From Candidatus Levybacteria bacterium RIFCSPLOWO2_12_FULL_37_14 (GTDB taxonomy: Bacteria > Patescibacteriota > Microgenomatia > Levybacterales > UBA12049): a stretch of DNA of 35,620 bases. Each line of letters begins with the position of its first letter. Position 1 is the first letter of the stretch. This document shows, piece after piece, positions 8,557 to 16,015 of this stretch. A program made the translations under genes and the position numbers. The stretch covers positions 1 to 35,620 of the forward strand of contig MFPH01000031.1 in NCBI GenBank assembly GCA_001782645.1, read 5' to 3'. Below the pieces are notes generated by a model. It was not told the origin of the DNA. It did no database searches and saw nothing but the letters and a program-made list of their open reading frames with translations.

Positions 8557-8646
8557 AGAACATTTAGCCTTTCGACATTTGCTCGACTTTGCAAAAAGAA
8601 AGTTAATGATATCATCTTAAAGGAAAATATTCATTAATAAGAAACA

Positions 8647-8817
8647 TTAAACTTGGATAGGTTCGGAAGCTTCCAGTAGGGCAGTATCCATTGTGGTTCT
8701 CAACTGGTCTGTGTTTTTACCTATACTTGTTAAAATCTGCACCATTCTTTCAAAAACTTCGGTACTCGGCCGCGTCTTTGCTGCAAATCTTAAATATTCC
8801 CTATCTTCGTTATTCAT
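8647..8817 (-). CDS. Possible 56-aa hydrophilic helical protein upstream of the 316-aa orphan
   Basis: ATG...TAA ORF (MNNEDREYLRFAAKTRPSTEVFERMVQILTSIGKNTDQLRTTMDTALLEASEPIQV) on the same strand as 7606-8556. A TACAAT lies 24 nt upstream; there is no Shine-Dalgarno. Confidence 0.3.
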   Translation of the reverse strand: MNNEDREYLRFAAKTRPSTEVFERMVQILTSIGKNTDQLRTTMDTALLEASEPIQV

Positions 8818-8883
8818 ATAAAAATATTTTAGCTGACAATTGTAACGATGGCTTGACGCAATTCGGACATTTTCTTGACAATC

Positions 8884-8912
8884 TATTCTTTTTAGGGAAT
8901 ACTAAGTATGGT
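8884..8912 (+). promoter_or_regulatory. Sigma70-like promoter for the DoxX gene
   Basis: TTGACA (8884-8889), 17-nt spacer, AATACT (8907-8912). Confidence 0.4.
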
Positions 8913-8929
8913 GAATAGTCAATAATTTT

Positions 8930-9457
8930 ATGGAAAAAATATCCAGTTTTCTTTTTTCAAACACTAAACTTTCCTGGCTATGGTTTTTTGTGAGAATTTA
9001 TGTTGGATGGACGTGGCTTACTGCGGGATGGGACAAGGTAATAAATCCCGTGTGGGCAGGGGACAAAGCGGGAGTAGCCGTATCCGGTTTTTTAACTAAA
9101 TCATTGACCAAAACAACAGGCGCGCATCCGGATGTGCAAGGATGGTATGCGTACTTCATAGAAACAATAGCTCTGCCTAATTCCGAGATTTTTTCCTATG
9201 TGGTTTCCTTTGGGGAGTTTTTTGTAGGGATTGCTTTAATTTTGGGCGCAGTTACAGGAATTGCAGCATTTTTCGGAGCATTTATGAATATAAATTATCT
9301 TTTCGCAGGAACTGTTAGTACAAATCCGGAGTTATTACTTCTTGAAATTTTCATAATGTTAGCATGGAAAACTGCAGGATGGTATGGTTTGGATAGATTT
9401 ATCTTGCCGCAAATTACAGCCTGTAAGTCGGGTAAAGCATCTAAAAAGCGCAATTAA
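8930..9457 (+). CDS. DoxX family membrane protein
   Basis: 175 aa with four TM segments. The N-terminal WLWFFVRIYVGWTWLTAGWDK is typical of DoxX/DoxD-like proteins. Confidence 0.75.
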   Translation: MEKISSFLFSNTKLSWLWFFVRIYVGWTWLTAGWDKVINPVWAGDKAGVAVSGFLTKSLTKTTGAHPDVQGWYAYFIETIALPNSEIFSYVVSFGEFFVGIALILGAVTGIAAFFGAFMNINYLFAGTVSTNPELLLLEIFIMLAWKTAGWYGLDRFILPQITACKSGKASKKRN

Positions 9458-9459
9458 CT

Positions 9460-10017
9460 ATGGCACAGATTAACAATAAGAACGAAAAAGTTTATGTTAC
9501 CCACATAAATATAAGGCAAAGCATATTTTTTTTGGTGCTTAAACTTATTCTGCTGGACATGATGGCTGTAATTATGGCGGCATTGTATTTTTCTTCGGTT
9601 TCAAATAAATTTATTCCCGAAGTATTAAATAATATAATATTATCATACAATTTGTCCTTTTTTTTGGTTCTGGTTTTTCTAAAAATCGCTTTGACTATTT
9701 ATGTTGTTATGAAATGGATAACTGAATATTACGAAATTTGGCCTCATGCAGTTATGCACTGGAGAGGCATTATCTGGAAAAATCAAGAGAAGCATCAATT
9801 ATCGCAGATGAGATCGGTAAAAATAGAACAGGGATTTTTTGGAAAAATTTTTGGGTTTGGTACGATATCTCTTTACAATTGGTATTTAAAAACCAATATT
9901 TCTTTGTATTTAATACACAATCCTATAAAATATTTTCATATTATTGAAAGTTTAATGCCAAAATCTGAAAATGACAGAGAAATTTTCTTGGACAAAACAG
10001 CTTCGGAAGAATCTTAG
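9460..10017 (+). CDS. Membrane protein with a bacterial PH (bPH_2 / YdbS-YdbT-like) domain
   Basis: Two N-terminal TM segments, then YYEIWPHAV...IKIEQGFFGKIFGFGTISLY, typical of bPH domains. Confidence 0.6.
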   Translation: MAQINNKNEKVYVTHINIRQSIFFLVLKLILLDMMAVIMAALYFSSVSNKFIPEVLNNIILSYNLSFFLVLVFLKIALTIYVVMKWITEYYEIWPHAVMHWRGIIWKNQEKHQLSQMRSVKIEQGFFGKIFGFGTISLYNWYLKTNISLYLIHNPIKYFHIIESLMPKSENDREIFLDKTASEES

Positions 10018-10042
10018 CATTTAGAGGAGGTGATTTGGAGTG

Positions 10043-10183
10043 ATGAATTTCGGAAATTGGGGAAGCGGGTATTATATGATGAATTCCGGTTTGGGGATTA
10101 GTATGTTCATCTTTTGGCTGATTATTTTAATCGACCTAATTCTTTTGGGAATTTGGTTATGGAAGCAAATAAATAAAAAATAG
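10043..10183 (+). CDS. Unannotated 46-aa small membrane protein (MNFGNWGSGYYMMNSGLGISMFIFWLIILIDLILLGIWLWKQINKK)
   Basis: Extended Shine-Dalgarno GAGGAGGTGATTTG (10024-10037). The start is the ATG at 10043, or the GTG at 10040. One TM helix. Confidence 0.6.
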   Translation: MNFGNWGSGYYMMNSGLGISMFIFWLIILIDLILLGIWLWKQINKK

Positions 10184-10206
10184 TTTTTTCCTATTCAAAA
10201 ATCTAC

Positions 10207-10258
10207 TTGACAAGAGATGGATTATGATTTAATATCTATCCCCATAGGGGGGATATCC
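10207..10258 (+). promoter_or_regulatory. Promoter plus CsoR-type operator of the copper/thiol operon
   Basis: TTGACA (10207-10212), 17-nt spacer, TAATAT (10230-10235). Directly downstream is a GC-cored inverted repeat, tatcccc-atagg-ggggata (10237-10255), resembling known CsoR operators. Confidence 0.65.
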
Positions 10259-10274
10259 TCAAAAAGAATAAAAT

Positions 10275-10547
10275 ATGGCATACAGACCTAAAGACACGCA
10301 GGAAAGAATTCTTCACCGTCTTAAGATAGCGCGGGGACATCTAAATAAAGTTATTCGGATGATTGAAGAAGACTGTTATTGCATTGATGTCTTGCATCAG
10401 ATGCAGGCAGTTGGAAGCGCAATTTCGGAAACAGAAGGCGTTGTTTTGGAAAATCATCTTAGAACATGCGCTCTTGACTCTATCAGAAAAGGCAAGCAGG
10501 AAGAAGCCATCAAAGAGATTATGACTGTTTTTAAGAAAAATAAATAA
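10275..10547 (+). CDS. csoR: CsoR-family metal-sensing repressor with a Cu(I)-type x-C-H-C fingerprint
   Basis: 90 aa. Contains YCIDVLHQMQAV (Cys) and NHLRTC (H-x3-C), the DUF156/CsoR signature. Confidence 0.85.
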   Translation: MAYRPKDTQERILHRLKIARGHLNKVIRMIEEDCYCIDVLHQMQAVGSAISETEGVVLENHLRTCALDSIRKGKQEEAIKEIMTVFKKNK

Positions 10548-10548
10548 T

Positions 10549-11046
10549 ATGAATGACAGAAAATTTATAATTATAACGGTTGTTTTAACGGTGGCGTTGC
10601 TTTTCGGAGGAATATTTTTCCTGACAAAAACAACTAACGCTCCTCAAATTACCGCTTCGCAAAATGCCAAAGCTTACGTAGTTGATCCTACAAGTTTTGA
10701 TTGGGGGGATATCCCGATGTATAAAGGAAATAAGACAAAAGTTTTTGCGATTAAAAATACAGGAACAGATACTCTTAAATTGTTTAATGTAAGAACTTCT
10801 TGCCATTGTACGAAGGCCTATGTTACGATTGACGGAAATGACAGTCCGAGCTTTGGTATGGATAACTTATCTGCTTGGACAGGAGAAGTGTTAGCAGGCA
10901 AAGAAGCAAAATTAACTGTGGTTTTTGATCCGGCATTTCATGGCCCCCAAGGCATGGGGGCGGTAAACAGATTTGTGTCCGTTGAGACAAACGACCAGGC
11001 AAATTCTAAGCTAACGTTTACTCTTACGGGAGCGGTAGTTAAATAA
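10549..11046 (+). CDS. Membrane-anchored DUF1573 domain protein (SCHCT motif)
   Basis: FDWGDIP...KVFAIKNTGTDTLKLFNVRTSCHCT matches the DUF1573 pattern. N-terminal TM segment. Confidence 0.75.
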   Translation: MNDRKFIIITVVLTVALLFGGIFFLTKTTNAPQITASQNAKAYVVDPTSFDWGDIPMYKGNKTKVFAIKNTGTDTLKLFNVRTSCHCTKAYVTIDGNDSPSFGMDNLSAWTGEVLAGKEAKLTVVFDPAFHGPQGMGAVNRFVSVETNDQANSKLTFTLTGAVVK

Positions 11047-11048
11047 AT

Positions 11049-12002
11049 ATGATTTCAAAAAAGCTTCAGAAAAAAATAAAAAAATTGCTGGCGAAAGTTA
11101 TTCCGCTTTGGCTAGTTATGATATTACTGTTAAATTCTATTCTGGCGACGGGATTTGTGCAGTATTATATTATGAAGAAAAACTTCAATGCGCAGCTTTC
11201 CGCTTTAGCGCAAACAACAAAGAATCCCGAAGAGCTGGTGCAAATTCTTAAGCAAAAAGTAATACCCCAAAAAGGATATAGATTAGCTGTGAAATGGAAT
11301 GATATCGGGAAGCAATTGCTGGAATCGGGAGCTATAGATAAGACAAAATACGAGGAGTTATTCGCGCAGGACCCTATTGCAAAAAAAGAAATGGCGGCGC
11401 ACATGATGAGTACTTCAAATGATTCAATGACAATAAATGAATCCAACTCCCGTTTTATGGTAAATACGTTGTGGGCGTTGGGACTGGTTAATAAGAGTAA
11501 AATCTTAGAAGAAGGATCAATGAAAACATACGGTAAGGGAGACGTGATGGGTTTTGCATCTACAGGCGGATGGACTTTGGGATCCAAGCCAACAAGCGAA
11601 CTTTATTCATCTAGGGAGATCATAAAGCTTACCTCGGAACAACAAGAATTAGTTAAGAAAATTGCCCTGACTGTTTATCGTCCGTGTTGCGGCAATTCAA
11701 CCGAATTTCCTGACTGTAATCATGGGATGGCAGCCTTAGGGTACATAGAGTTGGCTGTTGCCCAGGGGGTAGGGGAGAAAGAAATTTATCGCGACCTTCT
11801 GAGGCTTAATTCGTTTTGGTTTCCACAGCAGTACGTAGAGCTTGCCGCATATTTCAATCAGCAAAATGTCAGTTGGGATAAAGTTGATGCCAAAGTTGCT
11901 TTGGGTTCTCAATATTCTTCAGCGCAAGGAGCACAGCAGGTACATCAGGCTGTTCAAGGTGTGCCGGGCTTAAATGTTCAGCAGGGGGGTTGCGGGACAT
12001 AA
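11049..12002 (+). CDS. Membrane-anchored hypothetical protein with a CC-x8-C-x-H motif (RPCCGNSTEFPDCNHG)
   Basis: 317 aa with an N-terminal TM segment. The stop overlaps the next start (TAATG). I cannot assign a family. Confidence 0.7.
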   Translation: MISKKLQKKIKKLLAKVIPLWLVMILLLNSILATGFVQYYIMKKNFNAQLSALAQTTKNPEELVQILKQKVIPQKGYRLAVKWNDIGKQLLESGAIDKTKYEELFAQDPIAKKEMAAHMMSTSNDSMTINESNSRFMVNTLWALGLVNKSKILEEGSMKTYGKGDVMGFASTGGWTLGSKPTSELYSSREIIKLTSEQQELVKKIALTVYRPCCGNSTEFPDCNHGMAALGYIELAVAQGVGEKEIYRDLLRLNSFWFPQQYVELAAYFNQQNVSWDKVDAKVALGSQYSSAQGAQQVHQAVQGVPGLNVQQGGCGT

Positions 12003-12835
12003 TGGAACAAGTATTATTTCAAACCTCTTTAATTGCCGCATTCGTTGCGGGAATAGTTGCTCTTTTTGCTCCATGCTGCATCTCATTTTTATTGCCGGCT
12101 TATTTAGGTAGCGTATTCAAAGAAAAAGAAAAAGTGGTTTTGATGACCTTAGTTTTCGGATTGGGTATTTTTGTAATCATGTTGCCGGCAGTTTTGGGAG
12201 TGGCAGCGTTGTCCAAAGCTCTTTTTGTCTATCATGACAGTATTTATCTTTTAGGCGGGATTGTCATGCTTGTCTCGGCTGCGATTACTTTTTTGGGGAT
12301 AAAATTGCCAATGCCAAGTCTGCCCGGACGTAACACGCAAAAAACCGATGTGCTTTCGGTTTTTACTCTGGGAATTTTTTCGGGAATTACCTCTGCTTGC
12401 TGTGCGCCGGTTCTTATCGGCATCTTAACTTTAACATTCCTTTCGCCAAACTTCTTTGGAGCCCTATCAATTGGCGGAACGTATGTTTTGGGAATGGTCA
12501 TGCCTCTTCTTTTCATCGCAGTATTCCTTTCCGGAAAAATGGATAAATTTGCGTTTTTAAGAAAGTCATTGTTTAGTTTTATGTTTTTAGGCAAGAAAAG
12601 AATTGTAATTTTGAGCAGTTTTGTTGCAAGCATTATTTTTGCTTTTACGGGACTGATGATCCTTTATTTTAAAGCAATTGGCCGCTTGGGGATGGGGGAC
12701 GTATCGGGATTTACAAAAATGATTACTGATACGAGCAGTTTTGTAAATCAATATGTTGGAGGAAATTTGATTCTTAACCTTGCTTTCGTCGCGGTTCTTA
12801 TTTTTGTTCTTTATAAAATCAGTAAAAAAATATAG
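12002..12835 (+). CDS. Polytopic membrane protein, DsbD/CcdA-superfamily-like with vicinal cysteines (copy 1)
   Basis: LFAPCCISFLLPAYLG in TM1 and ACCAPVLIGILT in a later TM segment. The ATG at 12002 overlaps the upstream stop. Paralogue of 15044-15937. Confidence 0.6.
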   Translation: MEQVLFQTSLIAAFVAGIVALFAPCCISFLLPAYLGSVFKEKEKVVLMTLVFGLGIFVIMLPAVLGVAALSKALFVYHDSIYLLGGIVMLVSAAITFLGIKLPMPSLPGRNTQKTDVLSVFTLGIFSGITSACCAPVLIGILTLTFLSPNFFGALSIGGTYVLGMVMPLLFIAVFLSGKMDKFAFLRKSLFSFMFLGKKRIVILSSFVASIIFAFTGLMILYFKAIGRLGMGDVSGFTKMITDTSSFVNQYVGGNLILNLAFVAVLIFVLYKISKKI

Positions 12836-12861
12836 ATTAATACATGAGGAGGTGATTTGAA

Positions 12862-13029
12862 ATGAAAAAATGCTTAACAATGTGGCAAGTCTGGGCGGGG
12901 GTGGCAGCTATATTGGCAATAATGCTTATTTTTAAAAGCAATAGTCTTTTCTCAATTTTACCTTTCGCAGCTTTCCTAATCTGTCCGTTAATGATGATTT
13001 TTATGATGAAAGATCACAAAAAGCATTAA
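12862..13029 (+). CDS. Unannotated 55-aa DUF2933-like small membrane protein
   Basis: Extended Shine-Dalgarno GAGGAGGTGATTTGAA directly upstream. The C-terminal CPLMMIFMMKDHKKH resembles the CPLMHxFMH signature of DUF2933 (from memory). Confidence 0.6.
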   Translation: MKKCLTMWQVWAGVAAILAIMLIFKSNSLFSILPFAAFLICPLMMIFMMKDHKKH

Positions 13030-13032
13030 AGT

Positions 13033-13686
13033 ATGGAATACGCGTATGGAAACTGGTTTGTAGTAGTAATAATAAGCGGACTATTTCTTTGGTTTGTTTA
13101 CGACGCTTTCAAGCCTAAAAATAAGATTGATTGGCGGTCATTTGGTGCTTTTTCTGCTTTTATTATCGCTCTTTTTACAGAAATGTATGGTTTTCCATTA
13201 ACAATATACTTGCTTTCGTCTTGGTTGGGAAATAGATTTCCGCAAATTAACTTTTCTCATAACTCGGGACATTTGTGGGAAGATTTATTGGGAAATACAG
13301 CTGATCCGCATTTTAGCATTCTGCACATTTTAAGCTATGTCTTAATTGTTGGGGGATTAATCTTAATTAGCGTATCTTGGAAAGTGCTCTTTCAAGCCAC
13401 AAAGCAACATGTCATTGCAAAAACGGGCCCTTACAAATATATCAGGCATCCGCAATATGCTGGTTTTATAATTATTATTTTAGGATTTTTAATGCAATGG
13501 CCAACTTTACTTGCCCTAATTATGGCGCCGATTTTAACTATTATGTATATAAGATTAGCCCGAAAGGAAGAAGGGGAAGTCTTGCAAAAATATCCTCAGT
13601 ATAAAGATTACCTTAAAAACACCCCTGCCTTTTTGCCGACAATCAAAATCTTAAAAGTGCTGATAAATCATGAAAAAAAAGCTTAA
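13033..13686 (+). CDS. Isoprenylcysteine carboxyl methyltransferase (ICMT/PEMT) family membrane protein
   Basis: GPYKYIRHPQYAGF...ARKEEGEVLQKYPQYKDYLKNTP is the ICMT-family C-terminal signature. Confidence 0.8.
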   Translation: MEYAYGNWFVVVIISGLFLWFVYDAFKPKNKIDWRSFGAFSAFIIALFTEMYGFPLTIYLLSSWLGNRFPQINFSHNSGHLWEDLLGNTADPHFSILHILSYVLIVGGLILISVSWKVLFQATKQHVIAKTGPYKYIRHPQYAGFIIIILGFLMQWPTLLALIMAPILTIMYIRLARKEEGEVLQKYPQYKDYLKNTPAFLPTIKILKVLINHEKKA

Positions 13687-13688
13687 TT

Positions 13689-14150
13689 ATGAAACAACAA
13701 GCTTGTTTTTTATATCCAAACATTTTGGGGAAATCAGTAGCTAAAGGAATCATGGCATTTCTAGTCATTTTAACTGTATATTTTTTGGTCTTAACTCTGG
13801 TCTCAGGGTGGAGATTTGCGCAGGGACAATTTTTCCAATTTTGGTTTTATGTTGTCAGTCTTGCTTTGGGATTTGGAATTCAATTTGGTCTTTACAGTTA
13901 TCTTAAAGGCATCGTTAAGCAGAAGGCTTTTGCAGGGGGAGTTCTGGTTACAACCGGCGCAACTTCTGCTACGGCCATGATTTCCTGCTGTGCTCATTAT
14001 CTAACCAACATTTTGCCTATTCTTGGGGTAACGGGAATAATTACCTTCATAGGCCAATATCAAATTCAATTCTTTTGGCTCGGTTTATTCTTTAATTTCC
14101 TAGGAATTATCTATACTGGTAGCAAAATAATAAAATTTTCCAAACAATAA
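13689..14150 (+). CDS. Membrane protein with an intramembrane SCCAH motif
   Basis: 153 aa with about four TM segments, including TSATAMISCCAHYLTNILP. No family assigned. Confidence 0.65.
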   Translation: MKQQACFLYPNILGKSVAKGIMAFLVILTVYFLVLTLVSGWRFAQGQFFQFWFYVVSLALGFGIQFGLYSYLKGIVKQKAFAGGVLVTTGATSATAMISCCAHYLTNILPILGVTGIITFIGQYQIQFFWLGLFFNFLGIIYTGSKIIKFSKQ

Positions 14151-14152
14151 TT

Positions 14153-14653
14153 GTGAAAAAAATTGCAATAATTTTTATCGGTTTATTTCTGATAATTTTG
14201 GTGATTATACTTATGAAAAGTTTTTCTATCAGCATAAATTCAAAAAGTACAGGCAATTCCAATAAGGCGCTTAATCCAAGTCCAAGTAGTAGCAATAACT
14301 TGAAAGCAAAAGAAAATACAGAGGGTTCGGTTACTGTTGCAATTACTCAATTAAATTTAACAGATAACTCGCCTCGCTTTGCGGGCGAAGCGGGTTCATC
14401 GACCTTGGATTTTGAAATAGTGTTGGACACTCACTCCGGAGTATTGGATGCTGATTTGATTGGCGTATCCGAACTTGTTGATGATCAGGGGGAAATATAT
14501 AGACCAATAGCGTGGGAGGGGGATGGTCCGGAAGGGCATCACCGCAAGGGAGTTTTAAAATTTAAACCCATTCTGCCTAAGCCTAAGTCTATTGAATTGA
14601 AGATAAAGAATGTTGGCGGAATTCCCGAAAGAAGTTTTAAATGGAGCATCTAA
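14153..14653 (+). CDS. Secreted or anchored hypothetical protein with a W-E-G-D-G-P-E-G-H-H motif
   Basis: GTG start, signal-anchor MKKIAIIFIGLFLIILVIIL, and a beta-rich C-terminal domain. Carries the GC-rich element at 14368-14395. Confidence 0.65.
   Translation: MKKIAIIFIGLFLIILVIILMKSFSISINSKSTGNSNKALNPSPSSSNNLKAKENTEGSVTVAITQLNLTDNSPRFAGEAGSSTLDFEIVLDTHSGVLDADLIGVSELVDDQGEIYRPIAWEGDGPEGHHRKGVLKFKPILPKPKSIELKIKNVGGIPERSFKWSI
14368..14395. repeat. GC-rich element copy inside a CDS
   Basis: ctcgcctcgc-tttgcg-ggcgaagcgggt has the same 10-nt and 12-nt arms as 1799-1820. It encodes SPRFAGEAG. Confidence 0.7.
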
Positions 14654-14665
14654 AATTTAACTAAT

Positions 14666-15025
14666 ATGAGAGAGTTTTTTAAGCAGGGAATAGTGCAGAT
14701 ACTTGCGCAGCTTGGTATATGTACCGTAATGTGCGGCGCAGCTATTGGACTTTTAATTTCATCAGGGTGGCTGCTGCTTTTGTCCGATGAAGGGCGCAAT
14801 AAAACCTTTCTTATTCCGGCACTTATCGCCTTTGCCTTTGTGATATATGCATATATTGAAAATAAAAGGACCTGCCATCAAAAAGGTTTTTCATCAACCG
14901 GAGATAAGATATGGGGCATAATACTCTTCATGCTGCTTTCCGCATTAATTACAGTGCTTTTTACTCTCTATGTTTTTATCCCGTGGTGGATACCGAATTA
15001 TCAAGGTGGTTTTCTATTGCCTTAA
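14666..15025 (+). CDS. Small polytopic membrane protein (CTVMC motif)
   Basis: 119 aa with three to four hydrophobic segments. No family assigned. Confidence 0.6.
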   Translation: MREFFKQGIVQILAQLGICTVMCGAAIGLLISSGWLLLLSDEGRNKTFLIPALIAFAFVIYAYIENKRTCHQKGFSSTGDKIWGIILFMLLSALITVLFTLYVFIPWWIPNYQGGFLLP

Positions 15026-15043
15026 AATAACAATATATAATTT

Positions 15044-15937
15044 ATGGATCTTTTAATTAGCGCATCATTTGTAGCTTCGTTTCTCGCAGGAATTGCAGCG
15101 CTTTTTGCGCCCTGCTGCATTACAGTTTTACTGCCAACTTATTTTGCCTCCATTTTCAAACAAAAAACTACAGTTTTTTTAATGACTTTTGTTTACTTTC
15201 TTGGTATTTTATCTATTTTTCTTCCCCTTGGTCTGGGAGTAGCTCTGTTTACTCAAATCTTCAGTCAGTATCACGACACAGTTTTTCTTATCGGAGGGAT
15301 ATTTTTAGTCTTTTTGGGATTAAGTTTATTGCTGGGGCAGCAATTTTCTCTGCCTTTCAGAGTTCATCCGAAACTTCCAAAAGAGGATTTTATCTCAGTT
15401 TATATTTTAGGTATATTTTCTGCAATCGCTACCACTTGCTGCGCGCCGGTTCTGGCAGGAGTTTTAACTCTATCGGCACTTCCGGGATCGTTTATCTTGG
15501 GAGGCATTTATACCCTTGCTTATGTATTAGGAATGGTTTTGCCTTTGTTTATTATTGCTTCATTTTTGGATAAAATTGATTTTACCAAAAAGTTTTTCGC
15601 TTTTCGGAAAAGTTTATCCTACAACATTTTGGGTCAAAAAATTCACATTACTTTTGCTAATCTCCTGTCGGGCTTAACGTTTCTAATTTTAGGAATAATT
15701 ATTATCTATTTTGCAAAAACAGAACAGCTCACATCGCATTCTCAATATCAAGTAATGCTAAATATTTATCTGACAAAATTCATCAAACTTATAAGTGGTT
15801 TTGCCACATTAGTTCCCGAAGTTGTTTGGGCTTTGATTTTTGTCGGCATAGCGCTATTTATTACTTATTTTGCAATTAAAAAATTTAGGTCTCTAAAGAA
15901 AAGGGGGCTTGTCCCTCCGAAGCCCGATCCTAAATAA
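15044..15937 (+). CDS. Polytopic membrane protein, DsbD/CcdA-superfamily-like with vicinal cysteines (copy 2)
   Basis: LFAPCCITVLLPTYFA and TCCAPVLAGVLT, collinear with 12002-12835. It has an extra C-terminal tail, RGLVPPKPDPK, encoded by a GC hairpin. Confidence 0.6.
   Translation: MDLLISASFVASFLAGIAALFAPCCITVLLPTYFASIFKQKTTVFLMTFVYFLGILSIFLPLGLGVALFTQIFSQYHDTVFLIGGIFLVFLGLSLLLGQQFSLPFRVHPKLPKEDFISVYILGIFSAIATTCCAPVLAGVLTLSALPGSFILGGIYTLAYVLGMVLPLFIIASFLDKIDFTKKFFAFRKSLSYNILGQKIHITFANLLSGLTFLILGIIIIYFAKTEQLTSHSQYQVMLNIYLTKFIKLISGFATLVPEVVWALIFVGIALFITYFAIKKFRSLKKRGLVPPKPDPK
15905..15925 (+). repeat. GC hairpin forming the 3' tail of the CDS
   Basis: gggctt (15905-15910) pairs with aagccc (15920-15925). 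The loop contains tccctcc, an anti-SD-like sequence. Confidence 0.45.
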
Positions 15938-15964
15938 GGAATTCGGTAAAATAGTATTTAGGTG

Positions 15965-16007
15965 CGAAACCCTCCTTCGCATAAAGCTACGGAGGGCGAA
16001 GGGGGGT
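15965..16007 (+). promoter_or_regulatory. GC-rich palindromic leader element able to sequester the Shine-Dalgarno of the redoxin gene
   Basis: accctccttcgc (15969-15980) can pair over 12 bp (one G-U) with gcgaaggggggt (15996-16007), which contains the Shine-Dalgarno. Alternatively ccctcc (15970-15975) pairs with ggaggg (15991-15996). Confidence 0.55.
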
Positions 16008-16015
16008 GATTTGAA

